Assembly: GCA_002633005.1 (NCBI GenBank)
Contig: NMRA01000666.1
Location: 153,508 to 217,507 of the forward strand
Source: Phoronis australis
Taxonomy: Eukaryota > Animalia > Phoronida
Direction of reading: 5' to 3'
DNA length: 64,000 bases
Shown here: positions 14,249 through 27,411 of the stretch, piece by piece
Numbering within the stretch: position 1 is the first letter of the stretch
Layout: every line of letters begins with the position of its first letter
Translations under genes and position numbers: made by a program
The notes under the pieces: generated by a model
Told to the model about the DNA's origin: nothing
Database searches by the model: none
The model's input: only the letters and a program-made list of their open reading frames with translations

Positions 14249-14886
14249 AAGATTTCTAGATGTGATAAGTACGGAAAATATTTTTGTGTTGCATGAAAAC
14301 AGTCTCCGCTTCTTGCCAGCGCCTGGGTAACGAAGCTATACAGTATAAGACCGCAGGAGTAGGTGTTCAACTGGGTGCAGGGTCGAAAAGCGCTCAATGA
14401 CTTTGTGTGCCCACAAATATATGGGTTGACGCAATATGCAGTCATCTCCGCCAAACGTTCGACCGGCGTTCGCTGCTGAATCTCCGATAAAGCAGTAATT
14501 GATTTATCAGGCGATTGTCTGCAGTATGAAGTTTCACGGGCGACTTCGGTATTTGTGCATTTTTTATGAAGTTTGGCAAATATGTTTCTATTGAAATTAC
14601 GACGACACCTGGAATCGTCGTATTCTGCATACTCCAGAAAATATTCTTTTTTATTTTCGAGTATGTTTTGGTGTCCATCGTCTTTTCTTCCTAAGTGGTG
14701 AAAAGATCAAACTTTGGCAGATGTACTGGTAATTTGGTATTGGCGAGCCCACAGTTGACGCTGATTTTCGATTTGATAACGTTAATAATTCTCTGTAATT
14801 CATGTATCATAAAAATACTTCATCTAACAATATTACCGCAGGTACAACCGGACAAGACAAACTGGATTCAACTGATTTCTGGAAGC

Positions 14887-16074
14887 ATGAATGTCTCGAA
14901 TGAGACATTTGCTAACTCTACATCACATTTCGATCGTAATGGCATCCTACAGGTTGCTTTCTACTGTATCCTGGTACCGGTCTCACTCGTCGGAAACGTG
15001 CTCACTATGTGCGTGTCAGTAAAGAGCGTGCGTCGAGCCAAAGTTAGTCGAATACCGGATGTGTTAATCGGATGCCTCGCTCTCAACGATTTGCTGTCCG
15101 TGTTGTGCATTCATTCCTTCACTATAGTGTCAATGATAGCTGGCTACTGGATACTGGGCGATATCGGCTGTCAATATATGTCATTCATGTCATACTCGTA
15201 TTTTAAGTTCGGTTTCTGGTGTGTTTTGGCCATTGCTATCGATCGTAGTTATCGTCTGGTGAAGCCACTGCGATACCCCCTAGTTGCAACTTCCAAGAAG
15301 CTCAAAATTGCCATATCGGTTATCGTGGTGTTCAGTCTTGGATCGTCCCTGATCAATCCTGTTTTTGATCCTGGAACTGCTATTCTTCTAAAGACGTGGT
15401 ATGTGTGTTTTCCTGACTGGGAGGAGGGAAATCTGGTGCAACTAATTGTCGTTATTGGAATAACCAGCTTCTTCGTACCAGGGGTTATTGGATTCGTCAT
15501 CTGTTACATTCTCAACGCGGTCATGTTGTATCGGATTCAAAAGAATTCTGCTAGGATGCGCACGCCAGTGGCAAATACTAGTGATAGTACAGATCTCCGC
15601 AAAAAGACCACGCTGGCAATGTTCTTCAAGAGAAACAAAATCCCAATGAGACGTAATCTCGGTAGCGAGAGTTCCACACCGGAGCTAACGAGGAATACGT
15701 CGGAAGGAACGCTAGCCATTAAAAAACGCATTCCAATTTTAAAAACACACCGCTCATCACCAGACATTAGATCTAGTCCAGTTAGGTCTGCCAACGAGTG
15801 CCAGACCACGGCATCAAGTTCATGTCAGGCTGCGAGTGTTAATCTTGCATCAGGCTCAGATGTCAACACCTGCGAAGAATCGCCAAATTTAAGTACAACA
15901 AGGAGACTTGCAAACTGTGATAGTCAGCAGGTTCTCCAAGAAAGCTATATTTCCCAACTTGAGAGAAATAGAACGAAAACTGAGAAAAAGCGAGAAACCG
16001 CCGCAGCTCTTGGCTTTGCCAAATTGTCCCTGGTGATTGCAACAGTTTTCGCAGTGCTTTGGATTCCCTACGCG
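14887..16074 (+). CDS. GPCR coding exon 1 (N-terminus, TM1-TM6, long ICL3)
   Basis: Acceptor ccgcag| at 14841, ATG at 14887 (agcATG), donor GCG|GTAAGT at 16075. Confidence 0.9.
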
Positions 16075-19000
16075 GTAAGTTGTCATGTAAGAGTGCAAGA
16101 TGCTCAAAGCAGTGCTACTGCTGGTGTTTGTTACATGAAATTGTGGTAAAGACTTTGAGCACAACTTGATCTTACACTTCCACTTAGCAATGTTGCTGAA
16201 AATGGGTTTTAAATGCTCTTGGAAATAGTTTTATGGAGAAGACGAAATTTCTGACTTAAATCAATTTTCATCGAAAAGGCCCCTGGAATCCGAATTACAG
16301 AGCGCCTACAATAACGGCAGTGTCTTGAGTCGAGATCATCCACACCAGTTTGGTTCATAATGCCGTCATCCCTGCCTCCCTATTCTTCGGATGGGTCTTT
16401 GTGAACAATTTGCAGATATTGTTAATCATGGAGAATACGATGCCTCGCAATCTAAGGATTGGCCCGACTACTACTTTTTGCTCGCTACCAAGGATTTCCG
16501 AAAGACACAATCAAAGTCCCGTTAAAAATGAAAATTAACTTCTTGTCATGTTTTGTTTCAGGCAACCATAATTCTTGGTGTGGGCGGAGTGTTTGTTGCT
16601 GAGCAGAACCCGTTGGCTCAAGATATCGTTATTAAGTGTGTGTTCTTTAACGCCGCATCGAACCCGGTGCTATACGGAGTATTCAACAAACATTATAGGG
16701 ACGGATACATATATTTCGTTCGATTAGCAGTCTACTATTTGCTAATGAAACGATTGAAGAGACCAACCGGTGAGTAGGATCCCGAATGCACTTGTACCCC
16801 TGCTGTTTGCTAATAGCCATGTCCCGAATTCAACTTTCCCTCGTTGGCGAGGATACCGCAACGCTTCTGAGTGATTGACTTGGTTCTTGAAAGTGTGGGC
16901 GGATACACACTTCTGAGCCAGGTCAGGCATGAAGACGTAGGGTGTAACCCGTCACATCCAGCTAGTCAAGTTTTGGTGTCAGTACTGTAACTGACAGTGC
17001 AACAAATAATATTAGCATGGAATGACGAATTCATACCAAAATGGGTTTGATGCAACACTGACCATCTGTGGCGCTGCATTGTGCATAAATACAGCTTAAT
17101 CAAGCCTTTCTCTTTATATAGTAGTTTCATTCACATTTATAGTGGATAGTTGAGTTCTTAGAAAACAAAAGCTGAAATAAACTTTTTAAATGAGAGTGAT
17201 AATGGTAAAACAGTTCAGTCAAATTGTTTGGCGTGGTACCAGCGTATACTGCGTCACCTGGTGTCCAACTTTATCATTTCGAGTCCGCTTTTTGGCGTCC
17301 ATTTCTTTTATCTGCCAAATAGCTCAAAGGATCATTAATAAGAAGACCATGGCTGACATTGATTTTCGGCCTGGTCTGACAACTGTGGCGCCCCCTAGTG
17401 ATAATTTTGTAGTTATTCGTCCATGGGTGTATGTCCTTGATCCTCAATATGATCTTTATGAACTTTTGCAAGTGATTTTCTACAAATGCAACAACGGCTG
17501 CCCGCGATTGATGTGTTTGCCACTTTATCTTCAAATTTCCGACGGGTTTTTATGAAAACTGACAAATAAGTTTCTATTATTAAGACATTAGCACCTTTCC
17601 AATTTGGGTTGGATTCGACCTATTCTGAGCCACCTAGTGGCCGTTTGGTCTGTTCTTGTCCTCTGTCTCTGTATCCGCCAAAGCGTTCAGAGGATCATCG
17701 TGGAATCTGGAAGATGTGTTCCTACTGGCACGAGCACAACTGCCGTGGATTTTCAGTCTTATCCAATTACTGTGCTGCCCCTACTGTATTCCTACTAACT
17801 CGACGGTTCCGACTGGACGGGTCCAACTGAACGGATCCGACTGGACGAGTCCGATTGAACTGATCCGACTACCGCTGTGCCTTCCTGGTGGCAGTTTATC
17901 ACATCTGTCTGCATCTTTGCGGTTCCTTGACGTAGGCTACGTCATCTAATGGTCGTTTTTACATGATAGTACCCTTGGAAGCACATCGCTTGCAAAGCAG
18001 TCGTGGGCGTATTTCAACGCTCCGTGTACTTCTCGTCACAGAAGTTAAAAAAAAAAATTTTGAAAGATTTCGACGTCTTCACATTTTCAGACGGGTTTTA
18101 AATAATTTGCACAGTCTACCGTTCATCACAAGTTCTAATGAATACCCTAGAAGCATACTGTTTGCGTTGCTCTTGTTATAAGCATATACAATACCAAACT
18201 CCTTGAAAAAGAAAAGATGAGGCGCGTTCCGTAAGGCTAGCCACACTAACGAGACAGTTACAGTCGTTTCATTTAATGGCTCGAATATGGTGCTTGAAAT
18301 GGTTCAAGGTGTTTGTATTCACCACTAAATTTCAGGTTATTTGTCAACTCCGCTAGTGTTTTACTGAGTAACGGTGAAAGTTTTGTTTTGCAATAACGCC
18401 AATTCAAATTTTAAAATGCATTTCATAAATAATAAACGATTTTTCAGTGCATGTAAAAACAATTAATAAAATACTAGCACACTTTGTGTCTTTCATCTTT
18501 GCTCCAAAGTTTAAGGTACTCAGCCTTCCCGTTTACAGCGAAACACGGAGGCGAGTGGTGGCTTTGTTGCGGAAGAGGGTCAGCCACGCTTGGTGTCCTG
18601 CCTGCATGTAAACTATGGAAATGTCACGTCTGTTTTTCGCTCGTTATTTTTAGAAAATTTGTAAAATATACATATCTTCCACATGTGTAAGTTCAGTTTG
18701 AAATTCATGATACTTTCATATATGTCGTAGAAATGTTTATCCTATGGTAAGATGATATCATTTAAGAAAGACCACTAGCTACAAAAAGCAGGATGTTAGT
18801 CGTTTATCACTCCACAATGATGACTTTTTGCGGACCCGTGTTTGAGAGTCAGTAAACTACGTTCACATGTCCTCCAGCCGAGTTTATCAGTACATGTACT
18901 TGAGCCGTGTTTTGCAGTATTTGTATTCGGTGATTTTTTACCATTGCAGATCCACTCAGCCGAAAAAGGTACAACCTTACTGGGATTTTGTCAAAGATGA

Positions 19001-19539
19001 CGGATACTATGAGAACGGCAGAGGCAATAACTAACATCTTACCGTCGTCTTCCGGAGACATGGCGAACGAACCTTCTCCGCGAGGCGAGACAGGCAGTGA
19101 TCTAGAAGCAGGCAACGAATCTGAATCGTCAAATGGTGCTTGTGAAAACGTTGTAGAAACTCCAGCAACAATAACAGATACCTCGGTTAATTCCGCCAAT
19201 GACAACTATGTAACACGAGGCATTGTAGTGGAAAATAGAGGTTGTATAAACGTAGGGTTCCTGGTGTTACCTGTGATAGACAACTCACGATTAAAGACCG
19301 TAATTCGTTTCGAGGAAGATGAATCGCGAGTGATACAAATGGGTGTGTTAGAATTGCCTGCAGTGAAATTCACGAATGCCAACCTGGGGGAAAGTAAAGA
19401 GTACGACATTCCATGCGATTCGATTAAAAGTTCGATTTATAACAATTCGAATGAGGTCGGTATGTCAAGATCTACAGTTTATCATTGTCTAAGGAAGTCT
19501 GACAAAGGTTCACATTGTGAAGACAGTACTTGCCTATGA
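14887..19539 (+). CDS. Rhodopsin-class (class A) GPCR, prostanoid-receptor-like, 661 aa; gene-level model
   Basis: join(14887..16074,16562..16769,18950..19539); 1986 nt, phases 0 and 1. N-glycosylation sequons NVS/NET/NST. Motifs: TM1 GN, TM2 LALND, TM3 C..DRS, TM6 FAVLWIP, TM7 NPVLY. Ends STCL*. Confidence 0.88.
16562..16769 (+). CDS. GPCR coding exon 2 (ECL3, TM7, helix 8)
   Basis: ttttgtttcag|ATIILG...IKCVFFNAASNPVLYGVFNKHYRDG...RPT G|GTGAGT. Confidence 0.9.
17270..18036 (+). repeat. Diverged copy of the 7330-8941 element in GPCR intron, containing a 14-bp x5 minisatellite (17802-17871)
   Basis: Shared ccctagtg/cacctagtggcc and cctggtggcagttt motifs, and a near-identical end gaagcaca.cg.ttgca.agca.tcgtgggcg.atttcaacgctccg. 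Confidence 0.65.
18950..19539 (+). CDS. GPCR coding exon 3 (C-terminal tail)
   Basis: ccattgcag|AT CCA CTC... Phase 1 matches the previous donor and puts the exon in frame with ORF 18988..19539. S/E/N-rich tail ending STCL. Confidence 0.75.
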
Positions 19540-20124
19540 CAGTGTCGAACAACTGTGCCTGTAAACACGTGCTATTGTCTATCAGAAAACGTAATACTAA
19601 AGATTAAACTTTTTTGGAGTCTTCCGCAATGGCAATCTGAGACTGGCAGGTGATGTTTACAGTTAATTACCTGCAACTGTCTAGAAGTTAGCTGTATTTT
19701 TGTACATCATGGTGTTTCCAATGTAGGCTTATATTTGTTACTTTTTTACTTTTCGGTGGAAAAAGAGAAAACCACCTGGTAAAACAACCGTGCATTTGTA
19801 TGTAAACGAAAGTTGGAGTTTATTAATAGTAATGAAATGGCAAAAGAACCGTTCCACGTATCTTGTGTTAGACCCCAGTTTTAGGTGTTGAAAAATATTG
19901 GATACTACCAGATTTCGATGCAGCAGAGACGCTTTCGTTTCTCTTTTTGAAACAAAATGCGCTTATATATGTGCCATCTTGCCAATGTGTAAGCCCCAAA
20001 CGAAGATTGTCTTGCCACTGCTGCGTCACAAATTTATGTTTTAGAATATCACTTTGGTTACTGAATGTTCACGTGTGAAAATTGCGCGAATGTTTAAAGA
20101 AGCAGCACGTAACTGCTTGTGCTA

Positions 20125-20224
20125 TGTTTTATATGTTAGTATCAATATTGTTTTATATGTTAGTATCAAAACTGTTTTATATGTTAGACTCAATATTGTT
20201 TTATTTGTGAGTATCAATGTTGTT
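20125..20224. repeat. Minisatellite, 24 bp x4
   Basis: TGTTTTATATGTTAGTATCAATAT-like units. Confidence 0.85.
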
Positions 20225-21018
20225 TCAGTTTCTGTTGATATGATTTTATTTTGACAAGACTTTTTTGTTTTTGAATCAATTCGTTTTCATTCGACTTCTG
20301 CAGGATCACCAAAAAGCTTTCGATATTTAATACACAAGCAAATCCAACTCTTAAACGGAGTAGGAGTAATTTTTTCTTACGAGTTTCGGTTGTTCTCACG
20401 CACCAAGAGTATTAATTTTGTAGATTGCTTCTTTTTTCGACATTCCCAGGTTTTCTTACAAACAGCGTTTTTTCCTCAGAAAGTTAAATAAATTTAATGA
20501 AGAATTGGTCATTATCTGACAACTTGAGACATGGGAGCATGGCATGTGACGAAAATCAATTTTCCGTCGGTGATGCAAATTTATCATGTGCACATGTACA
20601 AGTTTAAAAAACTAGAATAACGAGACCACGAAAGTGACTTCCAATCGATCCCCGACTCAGATTTGATGAACTGAAATTCATTTATCAGATAGTGGTTAGA
20701 GGAGTAAATTCCACTGTCAGCACAGTCAACGGAATTTTGTTGTTTTAGATGTATTGGGCTTACCAGGTACTCTTAACAAAGCCTTAGCAAAATAATAAAA
20801 CGCGAGTTTAATCACGCAAATGGTGTTTTATCGGTTACAACTAAAGATTATCTTGATAAGATGAAACATTTGAGGCAATTACAGTATATTACAAGCGCAG
20901 ACATGTCATATAAAACTGTTAATTTGCACAGAACCAAACTTCAGGACTTCTTTACATTTCCGAAGTTTACGTGGTTTCACTTAGTAGTTAGGTTCACTAT
21001 GTCCACATTTTGACATTC

Positions 21019-21339
21019 GTTGGAATTTTGTGGGGTAAAGTGGAAACTAAACACTTTTAGAAACCTCATGGAGTGACGAATCAGAAAATAATTGATTCCA
21101 CCAAGGTGGCCGCCAAAAAATTAAAATTTCCAATTCCTTGACCTGAGAAATTCAGCTGTAGCCATGAAAACCAATATTCTAGGTGACTCAAAAGCGGAGA
21201 TATTGGGCAAACTCCATTTTACCGGCGCCATTTTTTAAAATACAAGATGGCCGCCAAAAATGGAATCAATTATTTTTTATTTGTGATTCCATGAGGTTTG
21301 CAAAAATGCATAGTTTCCACTTTCCCCAAAAATTCCAAC
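21019..21339. mobile_element. MITE-like element with ~58-bp imperfect TIRs
   Basis: gttggaattttgtggggtaaagtggaaacta..aaacctcatgga pairs with tccatgaggttt..tagtttccactttccccaaaaattccaac. Confidence 0.75.
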
Positions 21340-22543
21340 AAAATTACTCAACAAACCAGACTATAGAGACAAAATAAGCTATGTAATTCACATTCAATTG
21401 TTGCAGAATAAAGTAAATGATCAAGTGCTGTCAGTCAAACGTATAACACAGCAACAAATACCAAACGGTTACCCTCAAATCGTTAGTCAAAAAATAAGGT
21501 TGCTCGGAAACACCACGACCTTGTGTATGTGAATCGAAGGACTATTTTTACATTCAGAGAGAAACTGTACAAACCAGTTCTAAAGAAAACTTGGTTTCCG
21601 TATAATGATTTATCTTTCCCTCCGGGCACAAGTTCATCTCCGCTCAACAAACCTTACTCGAACACATGAATATGAACTCCAATAGACTCCGAAGGGGTTT
21701 TTTAGCAGCAGATGATTTGCTGGGTTTTAGCAATGTCTCCACGGCAAGTCGGATGACGAGAACTCGACCTTCGATGGCTATACTGCAGTTGAGTCAAATG
21801 CTGAAACCATTAACAAAAACCTAGCTGTTAGGCCCAAATAAGCATTTATGGTCATGGTCTCCACCCCGACACATTTTGGAACCTGCTCTCACCCATGACT
21901 CAAAAAACACACACGCACCGTTTCAGCCAAAGTATCGTTTTTTGTAAAGCCGCACAAAGGCACGTGACCAAGGGTAAGCAATAGGCAGTACCACCGTCTA
22001 AACTGGAGTGATAGACAGCTGTTTAGGGTAAGCAAACGAAACGCCATGATTTGCCAAGCAATGAGAACAAGACGGATCAGATTCCGTATCATTTGCTGGT
22101 CTTGGAGGGGGGGGATTTTTGAACACGAAAGAAACGTGTGATTGTTTGAAGTTTACACAGTGATTAAAATAACAAGGCACATTCATGTATAACCATCACC
22201 GTTTCCCAAAAGATTTAAACAAAAATCGTCGTCTACTTGCAGCTTCCATTAATAGCCTAGCTCCTATCTAACAAAACTTCGCCCCAGAAACTATTCAAAC
22301 TATTAAAATTATTAATATGCCAGGTATGCTGAAGCATTCATAAACCCACGATCGTCAATAATTCGAATTTTTCATTTCGACGTCTGCCCGTAATAAAATT
22401 GGTCTCAACTTGTTCTTTCTTCAGGCAAGAAATCATTTCTGGATTCTCACAGAACTTAAAATTCGTTACCATGCTCGGCGCATAAAATGACGTGCCGTGA
22501 CAAAAGAACTTGTAAAGCCACGAGAGCGTTCTACAGACCTTAA

Positions 22544-24911
22544 AGTCCTGGTTTCAAACTGCCCATGTGGTTCCAGTATCCGAAAATACTTACTACTTAA
22601 ATTCTTATTTTCGACACCCTTTCTTTATATTCTTTTCGCCTTTCTTGCCAAAAGTGATTTTTTAACAGTATTTGACCCTTCTCTGCGAGCGTATAATTAC
22701 CGGCTGTCATCGGTTATCTCCGTACCCACATTTCCGGCTCATCAGTTCAGGAACTTGTCCTGAACGCCGCCAATTTTTCCTTGTAACTGAATGTGCCAGC
22801 GCTTGCTCGAAAAGTCTTCATTATTTTGTTTTATTAGTAATATCTCGTGATTTGTTTGTGTGTGTAGTGTATTTATAGTTTGTAGTTAGTGGTAGTTGAA
22901 ATTTTTCTCGTTTTGAAAAAGTACTTTGCTATCATCGAGAAGGTAGTGCATTCTACTCAGTAAAAATCGAAAAAGTATCAAAATCGGGGCAAGCAGTGTA
23001 AAGTTATTGCAATGTTTGTGGTGAAATTTAAGTCACTTTGTTTGGATCGCGTCGGCCATATTAGAGGACAGCGGTATAAGTTACGAGTTTAAAACTTTGT
23101 GTAAATTGTTTTCGCCTACAATTTAAGGTGCAATTTAGTGAGACACATCTTTACTTACTATTCTGTACGATTCGACAGTGTTCACCAAATTTCAGCCTCG
23201 CAGTTGTTACTCATTAAGTGATGGCGACATTTGCTGAATTGGAAGGCATGTTCAACCTGTTACTTTGTAATTTGTGAAGATTTAACGTTGATATATTTTG
23301 ACAAGCGTTGCTACAAAAAAGGAGCTTTGTTCAATTTTCGTGTTTTTGGGGCAAAAATATAAGATAATTCGAATTATTTTACTGTGAATTTCCCATTCGG
23401 GTGATCTTACACTAAGCTAAAAAAATAGTTGAAATAATTTTGAAATGTTTTTTGTTTGACTATCAACTGCTGTTCAAGGCTTGATTAGGTGTCACAAAAT
23501 GATTCATATTTTTTCTAAATTTTAAGTCTCAATTGCTTTCAAGTCGTGTTTTGTAACTTGTTGCTTCTTAATTCAGGTTATCAAGTCAACAATATGAATA
23601 ATCTTAATTTGAGAAATAAGCTATGTTGGATTGTGAAGCTTCAAGCCTCCAGTTCTTGTTCCTTGCAACTTCATATTTTTAATCATGCTTGTCAAATTCG
23701 AGTGTAAGGAAACACTATTCGGTCACCATGGTAATAGTTACATGTATGTCCACTTTCATATCGTGAAAAACTTTGGCTGTTGAATAGTGTTTGTAATGCT
23801 AAAAGTTGTAAAATATTGTGCTTTTTAAGTTACTTATTATGTTAAAAGGTTGAATCATTTTGGCTTAATGAATAAAAAATGATAACATATTGTATTGGAC
23901 TTGTCATACTTATGTGCTCGAACGAGCCCCCTATTTGGAGAAATGGAAAAAGGTCAGCCTCAGTCAGAGAAGCTCAAACTCCGAAAAAAGTAGAAAACGA
24001 GACGATATTCCACTAGAAGACAGGAAGTGCCAAAATTTAGCGTCTGCAATTCATAACTTTGAACCTTATAGTGAAAGATAGACATTCCCAAAAATTCCAG
24101 CCCCCCATTTTTTAAGCTTGGTGCGTTCTTACAAAGTCTGGGAAAATCTCTGTTGAAAGCCAACAACTTTGCACAGTCTGCCTGAAGTACCCAAGCTCTA
24201 AATAAACTTCGTTTGAGCGAGCGCTGTGGCCAGCGACCAGGTAGGCCTAAGGGTAGCCTTGGCCCAAAGCTGTAGGGGCCTACTAACAAGCGAGCTGTAT
24301 TTTGACGGTAGTCTTCATACTGGGTAGCTGGCACCGATGCTAGCTAAGGGCTGCCGCGGCAGTGTGACACAGGATATAACCAGCCCGTAATTTTGTGCAA
24401 GTGTATGAAACTACCTTTGAATATATAAGGCATTTAAGATTTTACTTCGACAAAACAGCTTGCAACCGCATGCCTTTATCGTTCGCCAGTGTTTGTCTCG
24501 ATCCGCACCGGGTCCAATAAGCTGTGGTCCCGAGTCCGGCAAAATAATTTCTGTCAAAACTTATTCGTCACATTTCTTCAGCAAATTCGATAAAATTGTC
24601 CGTATTTTGATTTTATTAAAATTAAGGCGCGCTCTCCATTATTTTATCCCCGTTTGAAGGCTAGTAATAGGCACTCGTCCATTCACACTGACGGCGTTTT
24701 CTTAGCTTGGGGTTCCTGAATGAATTGTACTTCCGGGTTCGCGGCAAGTTCAAAATGGCGGTGGTTCTTGGGGTGCGAATCGTGAGACGCGCGTTCATTT
24801 AAACTTTTTTCGAGTACGGATTTTGTATTAGTTATGGGGTAGGTACTTCTTGGATCCTTATAACATCCTCTAACCATGTAATAAGGGATAACAACGTGTG
24901 AGACCAGGACT
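22544..24911 (+). mobile_element. Non-autonomous Kolobok-like DNA transposon, copy A
   Basis: TTAA|AGTCCTGGTTTCAAAC...GTGTGAGACCAGGACT|TTAA: imperfect ~16-bp TIR, AG termini, TTAA TSD. Colinear with an inverted copy at 59188-61957. Confidence 0.85.
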
Positions 24912-25472
24912 TTAAGCTTCTTTCGTGAAGATAAGGTTTCGCAAGACCTCGCAATATCACGCTAATGCAAAGCTAGTGCTACGTGAGTATGCTCAGGACC
25001 TTAGTAGACTGTTCTGGCAAATTGACCGTGAGGTTGAAATGTTGAATTACGGAATTTTATTCACTGTTTCCGTTCCAATAACTCCGCACGTGCAAACCGA
25101 TGTCTTTCGGTCTATAGAGAACTCTGCGTCATGCTCAGAACACATGAAATGTTAGCACTTGAATGCCAGCAAAAAATAAAACAGCAAGAGCGTAGGGAAA
25201 TGTTGAGCTTATTAATTAACCCCGGTAATTAAAATTACACGGATGAAACAAGATTTCAATTTGTGCAATTTTAGTGTTTGGGGGCTCAGATCCAATTTCA
25301 AGTGTCAAATTCGGAAAACCGCGCATTCGTAACGGAACTACAGCTAAGTACATGTATAGGCTCTCCCGCGATATCCCTGGCGACCGGCAGTGGCGCTGCG
25401 CACTACGACTCCGTTTCTGTCGTCTGCTCTACTGTGCAATGAAGAAAATTGCTAGATTTTTTCTTAGATTAT

Positions 25473-26656
25473 AGACAACAGATTCGCAACTCCGACATTT
25501 ACTTAGGTGTTAGCCAAGAGGCACCGCCACTCTCCTAAATTTTCTGGTGCAGTTTCCGGTTAGTGTATTTTGACGAGAAATACTTGCATCTACTTTACTG
25601 TCCACTACAACGAAAAAAATATTAATTTCGCCATTGAAACGTTGTTCAAAGTCTTCCAATAGTAGAAGTGTTGGTATCGTGAGTACTTTTGGCAATGCTA
25701 ATGGTAATTAATTACAAAATTCAAACTTCGGTGCCGACTGACTATGTCGTATGCTTGCCCAATAGCAGCATAGTTATCGGACAGTTTGCGATTTATGGTT
25801 TACANNNNNNNNNNNNNNNNNNNNNNNNNNNNNNNNNNNNNNNNNNNNNNNNNNNNNNNNNNNNNNNNNNNNNNNNNNNNNNNNNNNNNNNNNNNNNNNN
25901 NNNNNNNNNNNNNNNNNNNNNNNNNNNNNNNNNNNNNNNNNNNNNNNNNNNNNNNNNNNNNNNNNNNNNNNNNNNNNNNNNNNNNNNNNNNNNNNNNNNN
26001 NNNNNNNNNNNNNNNNNNNNNNNNNNNNNNNNNNNNNNNNNNNNNNNNNNNNNNNNNNNNNNNNNNNNNNNNNNNNNNNNNNNNNNNNNNNNNNNNNNNN
26101 NNNNNNNNNNNNNNNNNNNNNNNNNNNNNNNNNNNNNNNNNNNNNNNNNNNNNNNNNNNNNNNNNNNNNNNNNNNNNNNNNNNNNNNNNNNNNNNNNNNN
26201 NNNNNNNNNNNNNNNNNNNNNNNNNNNNNNNNNNNNNNNNNNNNNNNNNNNNNNNNNNNNNNNNNNNNNNNNNNNNNNNNNNNNNNNNNNNNNNNNNNNN
26301 NNNNNNNNNNNNNNNNNNNNNNNNNNNNNNNNNNNNNNNNNNNNNNNNNNNNNNNNNNNNNNNNNNNNNNNNNNNNNNNNNNNNNNNNNNNNNNNNNNNN
26401 NNNNNNNNATCTTTTCTTCCCACAGCCTATTATGGGGCCTTCGGATGGTATGGAAGCTAATTCCTTTGCATTTCGCGTGTGTGGCCGAACATCCGGCCAC
26501 ACAGTAGCCGACCATGCGGCAGACGACGTACTTGCCGGAAATTGCACCAGAAAATTTAGCCAGGTGTCGCTAGTGAATAATGACGTAAGTGCTTGTGCGC
26601 AAGTTCACAGATTTCGTCCATTGAAAGTATACGGAGTTGCCGTCCATGTACTGTCT
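25473..26656 (-). mobile_element. THAP-bearing TIR element with AT TSD (ISL2EU/Harbinger-related, probably non-autonomous; spans a gap)
   Basis: AT|AGACA..GCAACTCCG ... CGGAGTTGC..TGTCT|AT. Inner inverted repeat ctaaattt(t)ctggtgcagtttccgg / ccggaaattgcaccagaaaatttag. THAP N-terminus MVGYCVAGCS...GISFH..P..RLW starts at 26515(-) and runs into the gap. Confidence 0.7.
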
Positions 26657-27016
26657 ATGCTTTTTTAAAGAAAATGGAATCTGAGTGGCGATGAAAAAAC
26701 AGAAGCTGCTGGTAAGATTTGAATTTTAATCGAAGCCTTAGTGAATCACTCAGAAACTCATAATTCTCTCTTTGTCAAACCTTAACTTAAGACGATTTCC
26801 AAAGCAATCGTGTCATTATTGCCAACACGATAAACGGATTTGGTCTTTTGAGCAATTGAAGACTATTTTAAATACAACAGATTTGTTACGAGTCGATTGC
26901 ACAAAATATAAAACGTGTAATAAGCATAGCAAAAAGAAGTAGGTTTCGCGCGCAAACGCTGTAGACCATAAACAAGTACACCACTGCAGGTCTCTTAGTA
27001 TCATATTAGGAGTTAA

Positions 27017-27085
27017 GTGGTGGTTGTGTAGTGGTAAGCACGCTAGCTCTATCCGCAAGGTCGTGAGTTCGAGTCTGTGGTACCC
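27017..27085 (+). mobile_element. tRNA-derived SINE head (degenerate)
   Basis: A-box-like GTGTAGTGGTAA and B-box-like GAGTTCGAGTC with tRNA spacing, but no intact cloverleaf. Confidence 0.55.
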
Positions 27086-27411
27086 TCAGTTTTTCATGTT
27101 TGACACGTTCTCCGTTTTTGCTTTTTTTCTTGGATAATACTTCAGGAATCAAGGAAAATGCTTGATTTTTAGAGGAAAAAACAGAAAAATTTCCTGGGCC
27201 CGACCTATCCCCATTCGGTGCTCTGCGCATCTACAATTATGCTTTGCGCAAATGCTTACAGACAAAATGTTGGGCCCCCTTGTGATATCCTAGATCCGCC
27301 ACTGTCTAGTTTGACTTGGGAACAGTTTCCGAGACCAATCTTATAACAGTACATTTATGTGGTCGAAATTAAGTAATTTTTGCGGTGAACGGAGGGTTTG
27401 TGTCGCTTTAA

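Noticed and set aside
14695-14886. N-terminal extension of the 484-aa ORF, and its tail after 16074
   Set aside because: The GTG start is upstream of a splice acceptor (14841), and the tail reads through a GTAAGT donor. Both are intronic or UTR.
16625-16680. TM7 lysine suggesting an opsin
   Set aside because: The Lys is at 7.40, not 7.43, relative to NPxxY.
25689-26547. Long ORFs spanning N runs (also 44178-45216 and 51930-52604)
   Set aside because: These are artefacts of assembly gaps; only the THAP N-terminus at 26515(-) is meaningful.
27017-27085. tRNA gene
   Set aside because: A/B boxes are present, but there is no acceptor or anticodon stem. Treated as a SINE head.
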